Under the pieces are notes generated by a model that made no database searches, had not been told where the DNA came from, and saw only the letters and a list, made by a program, of their open reading frames with translations. Shown here one piece after another: positions 10,002 through 18,835 of a stretch of DNA of 64,000 bases. Within the stretch, counting starts at the first letter, position 1; each line of letters starts with the position of its first letter. Origin of the DNA: an uncultured Eubacteriales bacterium (GTDB taxonomy: Bacteria > Bacillota > Clostridia > Christensenellales > CAG-138); the NCBI GenBank assembly GCA_902787375.1, contig CADAGD010000001.1:2106-66105 (forward strand), read 5' to 3'. Both the position numbers and the translations under genes were made by a program.

Positions 10002-11039
10002 ATGAAAAAGACTGTAGGTACGCAATCATTCATACTCCCGTCAAGACCGAGGATAGTCTCCTCTGCGGCATTTGTAGGGCGTAAGGAGGGGGAGGGGCCT
10101 CTCGGAAGTAAATTTGACAAGATATGCCTTGACGATACTCTTGGTCTGGATAGTTGGGAACAGGCTGAAAGCCACATGCTTGAAGGCGCTGTCAGGTGTG
10201 CGCTCGAAAAGATAAACAGGACGCCAAATGACATTGACTTCTTTATGGGCGGTGATCTTTTGAGCCAGATAATCTCCGCAGGTTTTGCCGCAAGGGAATT
10301 GCAGTCGCCGTTCATAGGAATGTACGGAGCATGTTCGACAATGGCTGAAAGCCTCATAATAGCTTCCATGCTTACTGACGGAGGTTTTTCACGCCTTGCT
10401 GTCTGTGGAGCGAGCAGTCATTTCTCGTCATCCGAGAGAGAGTTCAGGTATCCGCTTGAGATGGGTACTCAGTCATCACCCACGTCACAGCGCACGGTAA
10501 CAGGCTCCGGTGCGGTTGCAATAGCCTCCGTCGATAATAATATAAATGAGGCTGTCTTTTCAAGTATTGTCATCAGCGGTGGTACTGTGGGCAGGGTATG
10601 CGACTATGGAATCACGGATGCAAGCAATATGGGAGCGGCAATGGCTCCGGCGGCAAGCTCGACAATCTGTGCCAATTTGATGGAAAACAGCATCAATCCA
10701 CAGTATTATGATCGCATAATAACCGGCGATCTTGGCTCTTTTGGCTCAGAGATGCTCTATGAGCTGTGCAAATTGAAGGGGTATGAAATAAGCGGAGTCC
10801 ATATGGATTGCGGCATGACTATCTTCTCTCCGCAGCAAAAGGTTATGTGCGGCGGAAGCGGCTGCGGCTGCTGTGCTTCGGTTCTGAGCAGCGAGATACT
10901 CCCCATGCTTGAAGCCGGGAAGTTGAACAGGATTCTGTTTGTTGCAACAGGTGCGCTTTTAAGCCCTCTCTCAAGCCTTCAGGGAGAAAGCATACCCTCC
11001 ATAGCCCACGCCGTTGTTATAGAAAGGAATGTAAAATGA
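10002..11039 (+). CDS. spoVAD: Stage V sporulation protein AD
   Basis: 345 aa thiolase-like fold. N-terminus 'QSFILPSRPRIVSSAAFVGRKEGEGPLG' and 'GACSTMAESL' are typical of SpoVAD. Confidence 0.92.
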   Translation: MKKTVGTQSFILPSRPRIVSSAAFVGRKEGEGPLGSKFDKICLDDTLGLDSWEQAESHMLEGAVRCALEKINRTPNDIDFFMGGDLLSQIISAGFAARELQSPFIGMYGACSTMAESLIIASMLTDGGFSRLAVCGASSHFSSSEREFRYPLEMGTQSSPTSQRTVTGSGAVAIASVDNNINEAVFSSIVISGGTVGRVCDYGITDASNMGAAMAPAASSTICANLMENSINPQYYDRIITGDLGSFGSEMLYELCKLKGYEISGVHMDCGMTIFSPQQKVMCGGSGCGCCASVLSSEILPMLEAGKLNRILFVATGALLSPLSSLQGESIPSIAHAVVIERNVK

Positions 11040-11404
11040 GCAGTTTTGTTGATTATATTTGGGTGTTTGTAATTGGAGGGATTCTCTGCACAATAGGACA
11101 ACTGCTTATAAGTCTCACAAGGCTTACACCTGCAAGAGTTCTTGTTCTATTTGTTACCGGCGGCGTTATCCTAACGGCTCTGGGCTTGTACCAGCCCATT
11201 GCGGAGCTCGGAAAGGCAGGTGCAACTGTACCGCTTACCGGTTTCGGGTATTCTCTCGCAAAGGGCTCTATCGAGGCAGTCGGGGAAGAAGGACTTATAG
11301 GTGCGCTGACAGGCGGAATAAAAGCTACCGCCGCGGGAATCGCGGCGGCAATAGTGTTCGGATATTTAATTGCGTTGGTATTCAGACCAAAGACCAAATT
11401 ATGA
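11036..11404 (+). CDS. spoVAE: Stage V sporulation protein AE (SpoVAEB-type, SpoVAC/SpoVAEB family)
   Basis: 122 aa, multi-TM. 'VIGGILCTIGQLL', 'GAGATVPLTGFG'. ATGA overlap with spoVAD. Confidence 0.88.
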   Translation: MSSFVDYIWVFVIGGILCTIGQLLISLTRLTPARVLVLFVTGGVILTALGLYQPIAELGKAGATVPLTGFGYSLAKGSIEAVGEEGLIGALTGGIKATAAGIAAAIVFGYLIALVFRPKTKL

Positions 11405-12925
11405 TTACGGACTTGGAGGCGAAACCCTGTTGCTTGCGCTGAGCGTATCAACGGCGGGGTCAAATCCGCTCCACACGCATATCCTCTTCGGGTGCATCCT
11501 GTATATGGATGTCGCAACCTCTTTGGGGCCTCCGACCGGAGAGCCATTCTTATAATACTGTTTGTATGACTGATACTTATATCCGGTCTTTGCGGTATTC
11601 TTCACATACCAGTTGGGAGCGGATAAAGTGCTGTCAACAACGTACTCAACATCGGTGGGCTCTATCGTTTCAACAAGCTTGGCATAGAAGTCGATTTTGT
11701 CGAACTTGGACGGGAAACGCTCTCCCCAAATTTCGCAGCAAACGCATTGCTTATTGGTATCCACCCACATGAATATATAGGCATTCGTATCCGTATTGTT
11801 GGCGAATTTGAAGTCAGGGCCATTGGTATCTATCGTAGCGTCAAGTCCCCATGGAACATAGCCGACATGCGATGAATGGTTGATGCGATAGACTATCTGT
11901 AAATCCGCGCGAATTACCGCATTATACAGCGTTGATGAAACATGACATACACCGCCGCCGGGAGAATCAACGCTGTTTGCTCCGCCGTTTATGAAGCCGG
12001 GAGCAGGCAGCCAACCGCGTCCTTCTGTTCGCGGGCCGAGGCAGGTGTTTATTGAGAATGTAGAACCGGGTCTTATTACGGAGCCGTTTACGATTCCACA
12101 TGCCTTTTTTATGTTGAAAACACGGTTGGGAGCATTATATGGGCTGTAACCATATCCGCTCTGATAATAAGAGCGCTTTACAAGCTTGCCCTTCAGATCC
12201 GAAACCTTGACGTCCGGCTCGACAACTTCACCTTCTATAACGATCGTGCCATAATCCTTATTCTTTATCCTTGCGGTCAGTTCTTCAATGGCCTCTTCGG
12301 TCTTTGCCCTGAAGCCATTCTTGCCTTCGACATAGGAGAATCTGTCGCCGCCGTTATAAACGCTCTTGGGATTGGCTTTAAATGTGGCATTTACAGGCTC
12401 CACATTCAAAGCATCGGACACCTCGCGTACTTCTTCCGTTATTCGATCTATGTCCGCTGTTATATTACACTCAATATCATAGTTCTGACCGTTCTTTGCC
12501 AAATCGTCGATTTGCTGCCTGAGTGATTCAAGCTCGCCATCACTTGCGAGCATTATTGCTTCTGCTAAAATGTCATCTGTGTTATATGTTATTGTAAAGT
12601 AATCACGGTCAATTATAAGCTCTTTATCATCACCATACTCGATTTTGAAGCCAATATCACCGATCAGACCTTCTTCGATAGGAGCAAGTACGTTTCTTGC
12701 TTCGCTGACCGTCATGCCTGAAACCGATATTCCGTTTATGGTTATACCATCCCTGAAAACGCCCTTTGAAAGCAAAGCTTCTCTCTTGGCCTGAACATCC
12801 GCATTTATGTTCTCAACATACGAATTCATGCTGTCTGCATATATAACGCCAACATGCTTTACGGCAAAGAAAATAATCCCCGCGCTGAACAATACAGAAA
12901 CAAAATACTTGATAAATGTCCTCAT
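11405..12925 (-). CDS. VanW-family protein with N-terminal membrane anchor
   Basis: 506 aa. N-terminal TM 'FVSVLFSAGIIFFAV'. C-terminal VanW-like core 'GGGVCHVSSTLYNAV', 'HSSHVGYVPWGLDATI'. Confidence 0.8.
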   Translation of the reverse strand: MRTFIKYFVSVLFSAGIIFFAVKHVGVIYADSMNSYVENINADVQAKREALLSKGVFRDGITINGISVSGMTVSEARNVLAPIEEGLIGDIGFKIEYGDDKELIIDRDYFTITYNTDDILAEAIMLASDGELESLRQQIDDLAKNGQNYDIECNITADIDRITEEVREVSDALNVEPVNATFKANPKSVYNGGDRFSYVEGKNGFRAKTEEAIEELTARIKNKDYGTIVIEGEVVEPDVKVSDLKGKLVKRSYYQSGYGYSPYNAPNRVFNIKKACGIVNGSVIRPGSTFSINTCLGPRTEGRGWLPAPGFINGGANSVDSPGGGVCHVSSTLYNAVIRADLQIVYRINHSSHVGYVPWGLDATIDTNGPDFKFANNTDTNAYIFMWVDTNKQCVCCEIWGERFPSKFDKIDFYAKLVETIEPTDVEYVVDSTLSAPNWYVKNTAKTGYKYQSYKQYYKNGSPVGGPKEVATSIYRMHPKRICVWSGFDPAVDTLSASNRVSPPSP

Positions 12926-13147
12926 AACACACCCCTGAAAATACCTTGGTTATATTATAGCATATTATTAAGAAAAAGTGAATTCTTTTTAAACAAATTT
13001 TCTTGTTTTTTTCAAAATCTTTTTGTTTTAAACCACAGTATAATTTACATTCATCATATCTTTAATCATATGACAATCGCAATAAGTATATATGCAGCTT
13101 TTACCCGAATTGAATGATTTTAGCAGGCGTTGAATGACATTTTTTAC

Positions 13148-13176
13148 TTGACATACAGCATAGTATCAGTTAGAAT
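13148..13176 (+). promoter_or_regulatory. Sigma-A-type promoter of glmS
   Basis: TTGACA (13148-13153), 17 nt, TAGAAT (13171-13176), about 75 nt upstream of the glmS ATG. Confidence 0.6.
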
Positions 13177-13250
13177 TTATAATCAGTACAATGTCTCGGT
13201 TAAAGATAATTAATAAAGCATTGAGTTTTTAATAAAGGAGATTATTTTTC

Positions 13251-15080
13251 ATGTGCGGTATTGTAGGATATACTGGCTCAAAGAACGCAACGTCGATACT
13301 TATAGAAGGTCTTGAAACGCTTGCCTACAGGGGGTATGACTCTGCCGGCATAGCTGTATGGGATGGCGAAAACATAGTAATGAAGAAGGAGAAGGGGCAA
13401 CTCTCCAATCTTAAAAGCATACTTGAAGCAGAGCCGGTTTTCGGAAATTCCGGTATTGGTCATACAAGATGGGCAACACATGGCGAGCCTTCATATATTA
13501 ACTCCCATCCTCACGGGGATGATAAAAAGCAGCTTGTTCTTGTTCACAATGGCATAATTGAAAACTATGTCCGACTTAAAAATATGCTCATCAATAAGGG
13601 CTGTCACTTCGTATCGGATACCGACACAGAGGTCATAGCTCAGCTTGTGGGTGATTTGTATAGTGGTGAGCCGCTGAAAGCGATTACCGAAGCCATTCGT
13701 ATGCTTGAAGGTTCGTTTGCGGTTGCGATAATGTTCAGGGATGATCCGCACAGAATCTATTGTGTATGCAAGGACAGCCCGATGGTTGTGGGATTCGGCA
13801 AAAGCGGAGCGCATATAGCGTCGGATATACCTGCGATGCTTGCCTATACTCGTGACGTCACGTTCATGGGCGACAAGCAGATAGCTGTGCTTTCTCCCGA
13901 CGGTATAGCTTTCTATAATGAGTTTGGCAATCCGATAGATAAGGGCTGCACCCACATAGACTGGGATCTTGACTCAGCTAAAAAGGGCAGCTATGAACAC
14001 TATATGATGAAAGAGATTTGTGAGGAGCCAACGGCTTTTCGCAAAACTGCCGAGCAATATGTCTCCTTTAAGGAGCCGCGCCTTAAAGCCGATTGCTTCC
14101 CGTGGACTGCGGAAGACATTCCCAACGTAAAACGTATCAGGATACTGGGTTGCGGAACCGCATATCACGCCGGTCTTCTCGGAAAGAAGTATTTTGCCGA
14201 GCTTGCAAAGATACCTGTAGAAATTGAAATAGCGTCTGAATTCAGATATTCCGATTACACGTTTGAAGACGGGGAGGTTCTTTTGCTGATATCGCAATCC
14301 GGTGAGACAGCCGATACGATAGCCGCCATGAGGATGGCAAAGAGCGCAGGTATACCCACGGTTGCTGTATGCAATGTTATTGGAAGCACGATTGCACGCG
14401 AAGCTGACGATGTGCTGTTTACATATGCCGGACCTGAGATAGCTGTTGCGGCAACGAAATCCTATCTTACACAGGTAGCGGTGCTTTTCCTTGCCGCATT
14501 AAGGCTCGGACAGCTACGCGGTACTGTATCTGATGAGAGGATATCTTCGCTGCTGTCCCAATTGGCATACATTCCAAGCAGCATGGAAAAGCTTATAGAT
14601 GCGCGCGAGGAGATACAGTATTTCGCAAGCCGCGAGTTTTCCGCCAAGCATGTATTCTTCATAGGCAGAGGTATAGACAGTGCCCTCTCGATGGAAGCAG
14701 CCTTGAAGCTTAAAGAGGTCAGTTATATCCATTCGGAGGCATATGCGGCAGGAGAGCTCAAGCATGGCACTATTGCACTTATAGAGGATGGCACGCTTGT
14801 AATTGCTCTTGCTACACAGCGGCATTTGGCTTCCAAGACGGAGAGCAATATTGAGGAGGTGCGTGTAAGAGGTGCAAATGTGCTGGCGGTCACCAACGGC
14901 AGCCTGCCCAGCATAGACTCCCATTGCTCAAAGGTTTGGCGAATTGAAGAAACCAATGAGCTGCTTGCTCCTTTCTGTGCAATAATACCCTTGCAGTTAT
15001 TTGCATATTACATGGCTGTTCAGAAGGGTTGCTCGGTCGATAAGCCGAGGAACCTTGCCAAGAGCGTAACCGTCGAATAA
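13251..15080 (+). CDS. glmS: Glutamine--fructose-6-phosphate aminotransferase
   Basis: 609 aa. Ntn 'MCGIVGY', two SIS domains, C-terminal 'AKSVTVE'. Confidence 0.97.
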   Translation: MCGIVGYTGSKNATSILIEGLETLAYRGYDSAGIAVWDGENIVMKKEKGQLSNLKSILEAEPVFGNSGIGHTRWATHGEPSYINSHPHGDDKKQLVLVHNGIIENYVRLKNMLINKGCHFVSDTDTEVIAQLVGDLYSGEPLKAITEAIRMLEGSFAVAIMFRDDPHRIYCVCKDSPMVVGFGKSGAHIASDIPAMLAYTRDVTFMGDKQIAVLSPDGIAFYNEFGNPIDKGCTHIDWDLDSAKKGSYEHYMMKEICEEPTAFRKTAEQYVSFKEPRLKADCFPWTAEDIPNVKRIRILGCGTAYHAGLLGKKYFAELAKIPVEIEIASEFRYSDYTFEDGEVLLLISQSGETADTIAAMRMAKSAGIPTVAVCNVIGSTIAREADDVLFTYAGPEIAVAATKSYLTQVAVLFLAALRLGQLRGTVSDERISSLLSQLAYIPSSMEKLIDAREEIQYFASREFSAKHVFFIGRGIDSALSMEAALKLKEVSYIHSEAYAAGELKHGTIALIEDGTLVIALATQRHLASKTESNIEEVRVRGANVLAVTNGSLPSIDSHCSKVWRIEETNELLAPFCAIIPLQLFAYYMAVQKGCSVDKPRNLAKSVTVE

Positions 15081-15099
15081 CAATATAGCGGATAGAAAG

Positions 15100-15131
15100 A
15101 GGACGCGAAGCATGGGCTCCGCGTCCTTTTC
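15100..15131 (+). terminator. Rho-independent terminator after glmS
   Basis: 'aggacgcg' (15100-15107) pairs with 'cgcgtcct' (15120-15127), followed by TTTT. Confidence 0.75.
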
Positions 15132-15178
15132 AATTCAAATCAGTTTCTGCTGACTGTTAACGGCACAAGCAGCTATAA

Positions 15179-16324
15179 TCAATCACCAAGCATAAGATTA
15201 TACATCAGAGTAATATCGGCAATGCTTATAACGCCATCATTATTCAGATCGGCGCATCCGAGACTTTCGGGGCTGAAGCTGCCTGAATTGTCATTGAGCA
15301 GATAGAAGTAGAGCAATGTTACATCGTCGAATTTGAGAGCGCCGTCGCCGTCGATATCACCGGGAACGGAACCCACAGCACCGAACGCAAATGCCTGAGC
15401 ATATTTAACGGGGCTGTAATTATAGATGAACACGCTGTCCGTCAAAGCATCCTGTACCGAATTATCAGTAAATCCAAAGAAGCTCATGTAGGTGTTATAA
15501 GCGTTCTGCAAAGCGTCGAACTTGGTACCGCTTGTGATAACATTGGATGAGTTGCCAACCTCGGTATACCTGTAAGACGAACCAACCTTGCTGCGTACAT
15601 AGTCATGCTCATTAAGGCATACATAGTAATGATCGAACTTTCCGTTGTTTTCAAAGAATTTCATGCCCCTGATCTGAACATTTACAGTATCCTTATAATA
15701 GGCATAATAGTAATCATCCTCTTTAACAAGCTTACCGACGGAGAAGTGAGTGGGAAGTTTGTACTGACCAATAATTACAGAGTTTGCGCAGTTGACATTT
15801 GTGCTTGTTGCAACACCCTCTACATAAACGCTTACAGTAGTGTTAAGCTGAGCGTCAATGATCAGCTTGGTACCCTCTACATGACCGTTAGCATATCCCG
15901 GAGTCTGATAACAGTATCCGGCGTCATAGTCACAATTTGAATTACCGACAAGACCGCTTGCGGTTATAAGAGTAAGGTTTGAAAGATCAACAAAATCGAA
16001 AGATACCTCGATTGATTCAAGCTCCTCAGCGGTAAAACCTGATATGGCTGCGGGGACTTCAAATGAACACTCAAATACTACGGTATCTCCAACGGCAATG
16101 GGAGCATTATTATCCTCCGGATAGAAGGTATAAGTAGTTTGACCGAATTCCTCAAAGGCATCATAATAGCTGTCCTTACGGTTTACTTCAATCGGGAAAA
16201 ACTGATTGTTTGTTGTGCTGACGCTCGGCATCTCCGGCGCGGTCGTATGACCGGTAAAAGCCAAAACAGGGATTGCTGCAAATAAAAGCATAACAGCGGT
16301 GATAAATGCAAAAGTTTTTTTCAT
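15179..16324 (-). CDS. Secreted dockerin-containing protein of unknown function
   Basis: Signal peptide 'MKKTFAFITAVMLLFAAIPVLA'. C-terminal duplicated Ca-binding dockerin 'GDIDGDGALKFDDVTLLYFYL...ADLNNDGVISIADITLMYNLML'. No motif recognised in the first ~300 aa. Confidence 0.75.
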   Translation of the reverse strand: MKKTFAFITAVMLLFAAIPVLAFTGHTTAPEMPSVSTTNNQFFPIEVNRKDSYYDAFEEFGQTTYTFYPEDNNAPIAVGDTVVFECSFEVPAAISGFTAEELESIEVSFDFVDLSNLTLITASGLVGNSNCDYDAGYCYQTPGYANGHVEGTKLIIDAQLNTTVSVYVEGVATSTNVNCANSVIIGQYKLPTHFSVGKLVKEDDYYYAYYKDTVNVQIRGMKFFENNGKFDHYYVCLNEHDYVRSKVGSSYRYTEVGNSSNVITSGTKFDALQNAYNTYMSFFGFTDNSVQDALTDSVFIYNYSPVKYAQAFAFGAVGSVPGDIDGDGALKFDDVTLLYFYLLNDNSGSFSPESLGCADLNNDGVISIADITLMYNLMLGD

Positions 16325-16439
16325 TATGATATCTCCTTTTCTTTAAGATTTAAATTTGTTCATTGATGCCGTAAAAATACTTACGCCTTTGCCTGCCACA
16401 CATTACAGGCGCACAATAATACACCTCCTTACTGTATCT

Positions 16440-16468
16440 AATATATATCAGATATTTTCCCTTGTCAA
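16440..16468 (-). promoter_or_regulatory. Sigma-A-type promoter of the dockerin protein gene
   Basis: Minus strand reads TTGACA, 17 nt, TATATT, giving a ~110-nt leader. Confidence 0.55.
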
Positions 16469-16551
16469 TAGTTTTATGAAAAAATGTTCTTTTTTGGGTT
16501 AGGATTTTTCCAAATATTCAACAGTAAAGCAAAGTATTGCAGATAGGTATT

Positions 16552-16588
16552 TTTAAATAATGAAGAACCGGGCCGTTCAGCCCGGTTC
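16552..16588 (-). terminator. Terminator downstream of serA
   Basis: Perfect 9-bp stem 'gaaccgggc' (16565-16573) / 'gcccggttc' (16580-16588). A U-rich tail follows on the minus strand ('ttcattattt'). Confidence 0.7.
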
Positions 16589-16604
16589 AATTAAGTCATT
16601 TATA

Positions 16605-17516
16605 TTACGCAAAGAACTTGTTGATGATGTCAACGATCTCTGCACCGATACGCTTCTGAGCCTCAACTGTGGAAGCACCGATATGAGGAGTGCAGCTTAC
16701 CATGGGATGGTTGTAAAGAGCCTCGTTCTTGGAGGGTTCCTCGGCCCAAACATCCAGACCGGCGGCGCGAACCTTACCGGACTCAAGAGCGGCAAGCAGC
16801 GCATTCTCGTCGATGTTGGCACCACGGCTGGTGTTGATGATGTTGACGCCGTCCTTCATCTTGGCGATCGTCTCCTCGTTGATGAGGGGCTTGCCGTCGA
16901 GGGAGGGAGTATGGAGGGAGATGAAATCGGAGTTAGCGAGAACCTCGTCCATCTCGGCATACTTCATGTTCTCATTCTCGATGCCTTCAACATGATAGAT
17001 GTCATAAGCAAGAACCTTCATGCCGAGAGCCTGTGCCTTGCGACCGAGACTCTGACCGATGCGGCCGTAACCGATAACACCGAGTGTCTTACCGGAAAGC
17101 TCGATGCCCTTAGCATAAGCTTTCTTCTCCCACTTGTTCTCACGCATGGAATGACCGGCGGCACTTACAAAGCGAGCGCAGGAGAGCATATGAGCGAGCG
17201 CGAGCTCGGCAACGGCGTCGGAGGAAGCGCGAGGAGTATTGCGAACGGCAATGCCCTTTTCCTCGGCATACTTATGGTCGATATTGTCGATACCAACACC
17301 GCCGCGGATGATGAGCTTGAGCCTGCCGGCCTCGGCAGCCGCGTCGATAACGGGAACGCGAACCTTGGTAGCGGAACGAACGACGAGAACGTCGAAATTC
17401 TTAACCTGCTCAGCCAGCTCCTCAGGGGAGTAGAACTGCTCAACAACCTCGTGACCCTGTGCCTGAAGCTTTGCAACGGCACCCTTCTCCATACCATCGG
17501 ATGCAAGAATACGCAT
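16605..17516 (-). CDS. serA: D-3-phosphoglycerate dehydrogenase (short form, no ACT domain)
   Basis: 303 aa D-2-hydroxyacid dehydrogenase. 'GVIGYGRIG' NAD motif, 'TPHIGAST'. Lies immediately downstream of serC. Confidence 0.88.
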   Translation of the reverse strand: MRILASDGMEKGAVAKLQAQGHEVVEQFYSPEELAEQVKNFDVLVVRSATKVRVPVIDAAAEAGRLKLIIRGGVGIDNIDHKYAEEKGIAVRNTPRASSDAVAELALAHMLSCARFVSAAGHSMRENKWEKKAYAKGIELSGKTLGVIGYGRIGQSLGRKAQALGMKVLAYDIYHVEGIENENMKYAEMDEVLANSDFISLHTPSLDGKPLINEETIAKMKDGVNIINTSRGANIDENALLAALESGKVRAAGLDVWAEEPSKNEALYNHPMVSCTPHIGASTVEAQKRIGAEIVDIINKFFA

Positions 17517-17549
17517 GTTTATATATCTCCTTTGATTACTGTTTTGTTA

Positions 17550-18647
17550 TTAAGCCATATGCTCGGCTTCGTATTTCTTGAGGAACTCAACAAGGGCGAC
17601 AACGCCTTCTTCGGGCATGGCGTTGTAAATGGAGGCACGCAGACCGCCTACGCTCTTATGGCCCTTCAGATTGTCAAAACCCGCTGCCTTTGTGGCGGCG
17701 ACGACATCGGCATCCTGCTCCTTGGTGGGGGTTACGAACGGAACGTTCATGAGAGAACGGAATTCGGGCTCGACTGTTCCCTTGAAGAGCTTGGACTGAT
17801 CGAGGAAATCATACAGTATTTTAGCCTTATGCTGATTCATCTTATCCATGACTTCAAGACCGCCGATGCTCTTCAGATACTTAAAGACCTGACCGCAGAC
17901 ATAGATGCTCCAGCAGTTGGGAGTATTATACATTGAACCGTTGTTAGCGTGTGTCGCATAGCTCATGTATGTGGGAACCCATGTGGGAAGCTCAGCGGAA
18001 TCACGGATGAGATCCTCACGCATGATGACGATTACCATACCGGCAGGGCCGATGTTCTTCTGAACGCCGCCGTAGATTACGCCGTAATCGGATACGTTGC
18101 AGGGCTTGGAGAGGAACATTGAGCTCTGGTCGGAAACAAGAATCTTGCCCTTTGTATTGGGGAGCTTCTGGTATGTGGTGCCATGAATTGTCTCGTTCTC
18201 GCAGATATAGACATAATCGGCATCCTCGCTGATGGGCAGATCGGAGCAATCGGGAATGTAGCTGTAATTGCGATCCTCGCTTGTCGCAACGAGGTTGATC
18301 TTGCCGTACTTTTTAGCTTCTGTGTAAGCCTTCTTTGACCAGTTACCGGTTACGATATAGTCGGCAACACCGTTCTTCATGAGGTTCATGGGAAGCATTG
18401 CGAACTGAAGTGTCGCACCGCCCTGTATAAACATTACCTTATAATTATCGGGGATGTTCATGAGATCACGAAGATCCTGCTCAGCCTCGTCAATGATCTG
18501 CTGGAAAACCTTGGATCTGTGGCTCATCTCCATTACGCACATGCCGGAGCCTTCATAATTAAGAAGGTTGTCACGAATTCCTTCCAAAACCTTTTCGGGG
18601 AGAATGGAGGGACCTGCAGAGAAGTTGTAAATACGATCGTATGCCAT
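17550..18647 (-). CDS. serC: Phosphoserine aminotransferase
   Basis: 'YNFSAGPSILP' and class-V aminotransferase body. Start set to ATG 18647, preceded by GAAGGAG. The track ORF extends to 18686. Confidence 0.93.
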   Translation of the reverse strand: MAYDRIYNFSAGPSILPEKVLEGIRDNLLNYEGSGMCVMEMSHRSKVFQQIIDEAEQDLRDLMNIPDNYKVMFIQGGATLQFAMLPMNLMKNGVADYIVTGNWSKKAYTEAKKYGKINLVATSEDRNYSYIPDCSDLPISEDADYVYICENETIHGTTYQKLPNTKGKILVSDQSSMFLSKPCNVSDYGVIYGGVQKNIGPAGMVIVIMREDLIRDSAELPTWVPTYMSYATHANNGSMYNTPNCWSIYVCGQVFKYLKSIGGLEVMDKMNQHKAKILYDFLDQSKLFKGTVEPEFRSLMNVPFVTPTKEQDADVVAATKAAGFDNLKGHKSVGGLRASIYNAMPEEGVVALVEFLKKYEAEHMA

Positions 18648-18794
18648 ATTGAATACTCCTTCAATTATATTTGCCCTTATGGGCATATTTTACTGTTTCG
18701 ATTATACCACAAAGGAATTTTCATTCAACCGTTTTTCATGTTTTTTAAATATATATTTTTTTGAGCGGAACACATACGCAGCCTGCCGCATATG

Positions 18795-18827
18795 AAAAAT
18801 CCCCGCATTTTATTGGAAAATGCAGGG
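18795..18827 (-). terminator. Terminator downstream of the SEDS gene
   Basis: Minus strand reads 'ccctgcatttt' - loop - 'aaaatgcgggg' followed by 'attttt'. Confidence 0.75.
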
Positions 18828-18835
18828 AAATGCCG

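Noticed and set aside
16325-16440. Strong SD-like AAGGAGGTG ~95 nt upstream of the dockerin gene start, followed by GTG and only a 3-codon ORF (M-R-L-stop), then an overlapping 17-codon ORF
   Set aside because: It is too short and poorly spaced to call a leader peptide, and there is no accompanying terminator/antiterminator structure. It is noted only as a curiosity of the 5' leader.
16560-17936. 458-aa ORF on the + strand spanning serA, the serA-serC spacer and part of serC in antisense
   Set aside because: It lies exactly antisense to two well-supported, strongly codon-biased genes. Its product is a low-complexity Gly/Leu/Val-rich string with no motifs and no RBS. Sense-strand avoidance of TTA/CTA/TCA codons explains the lack of stops.
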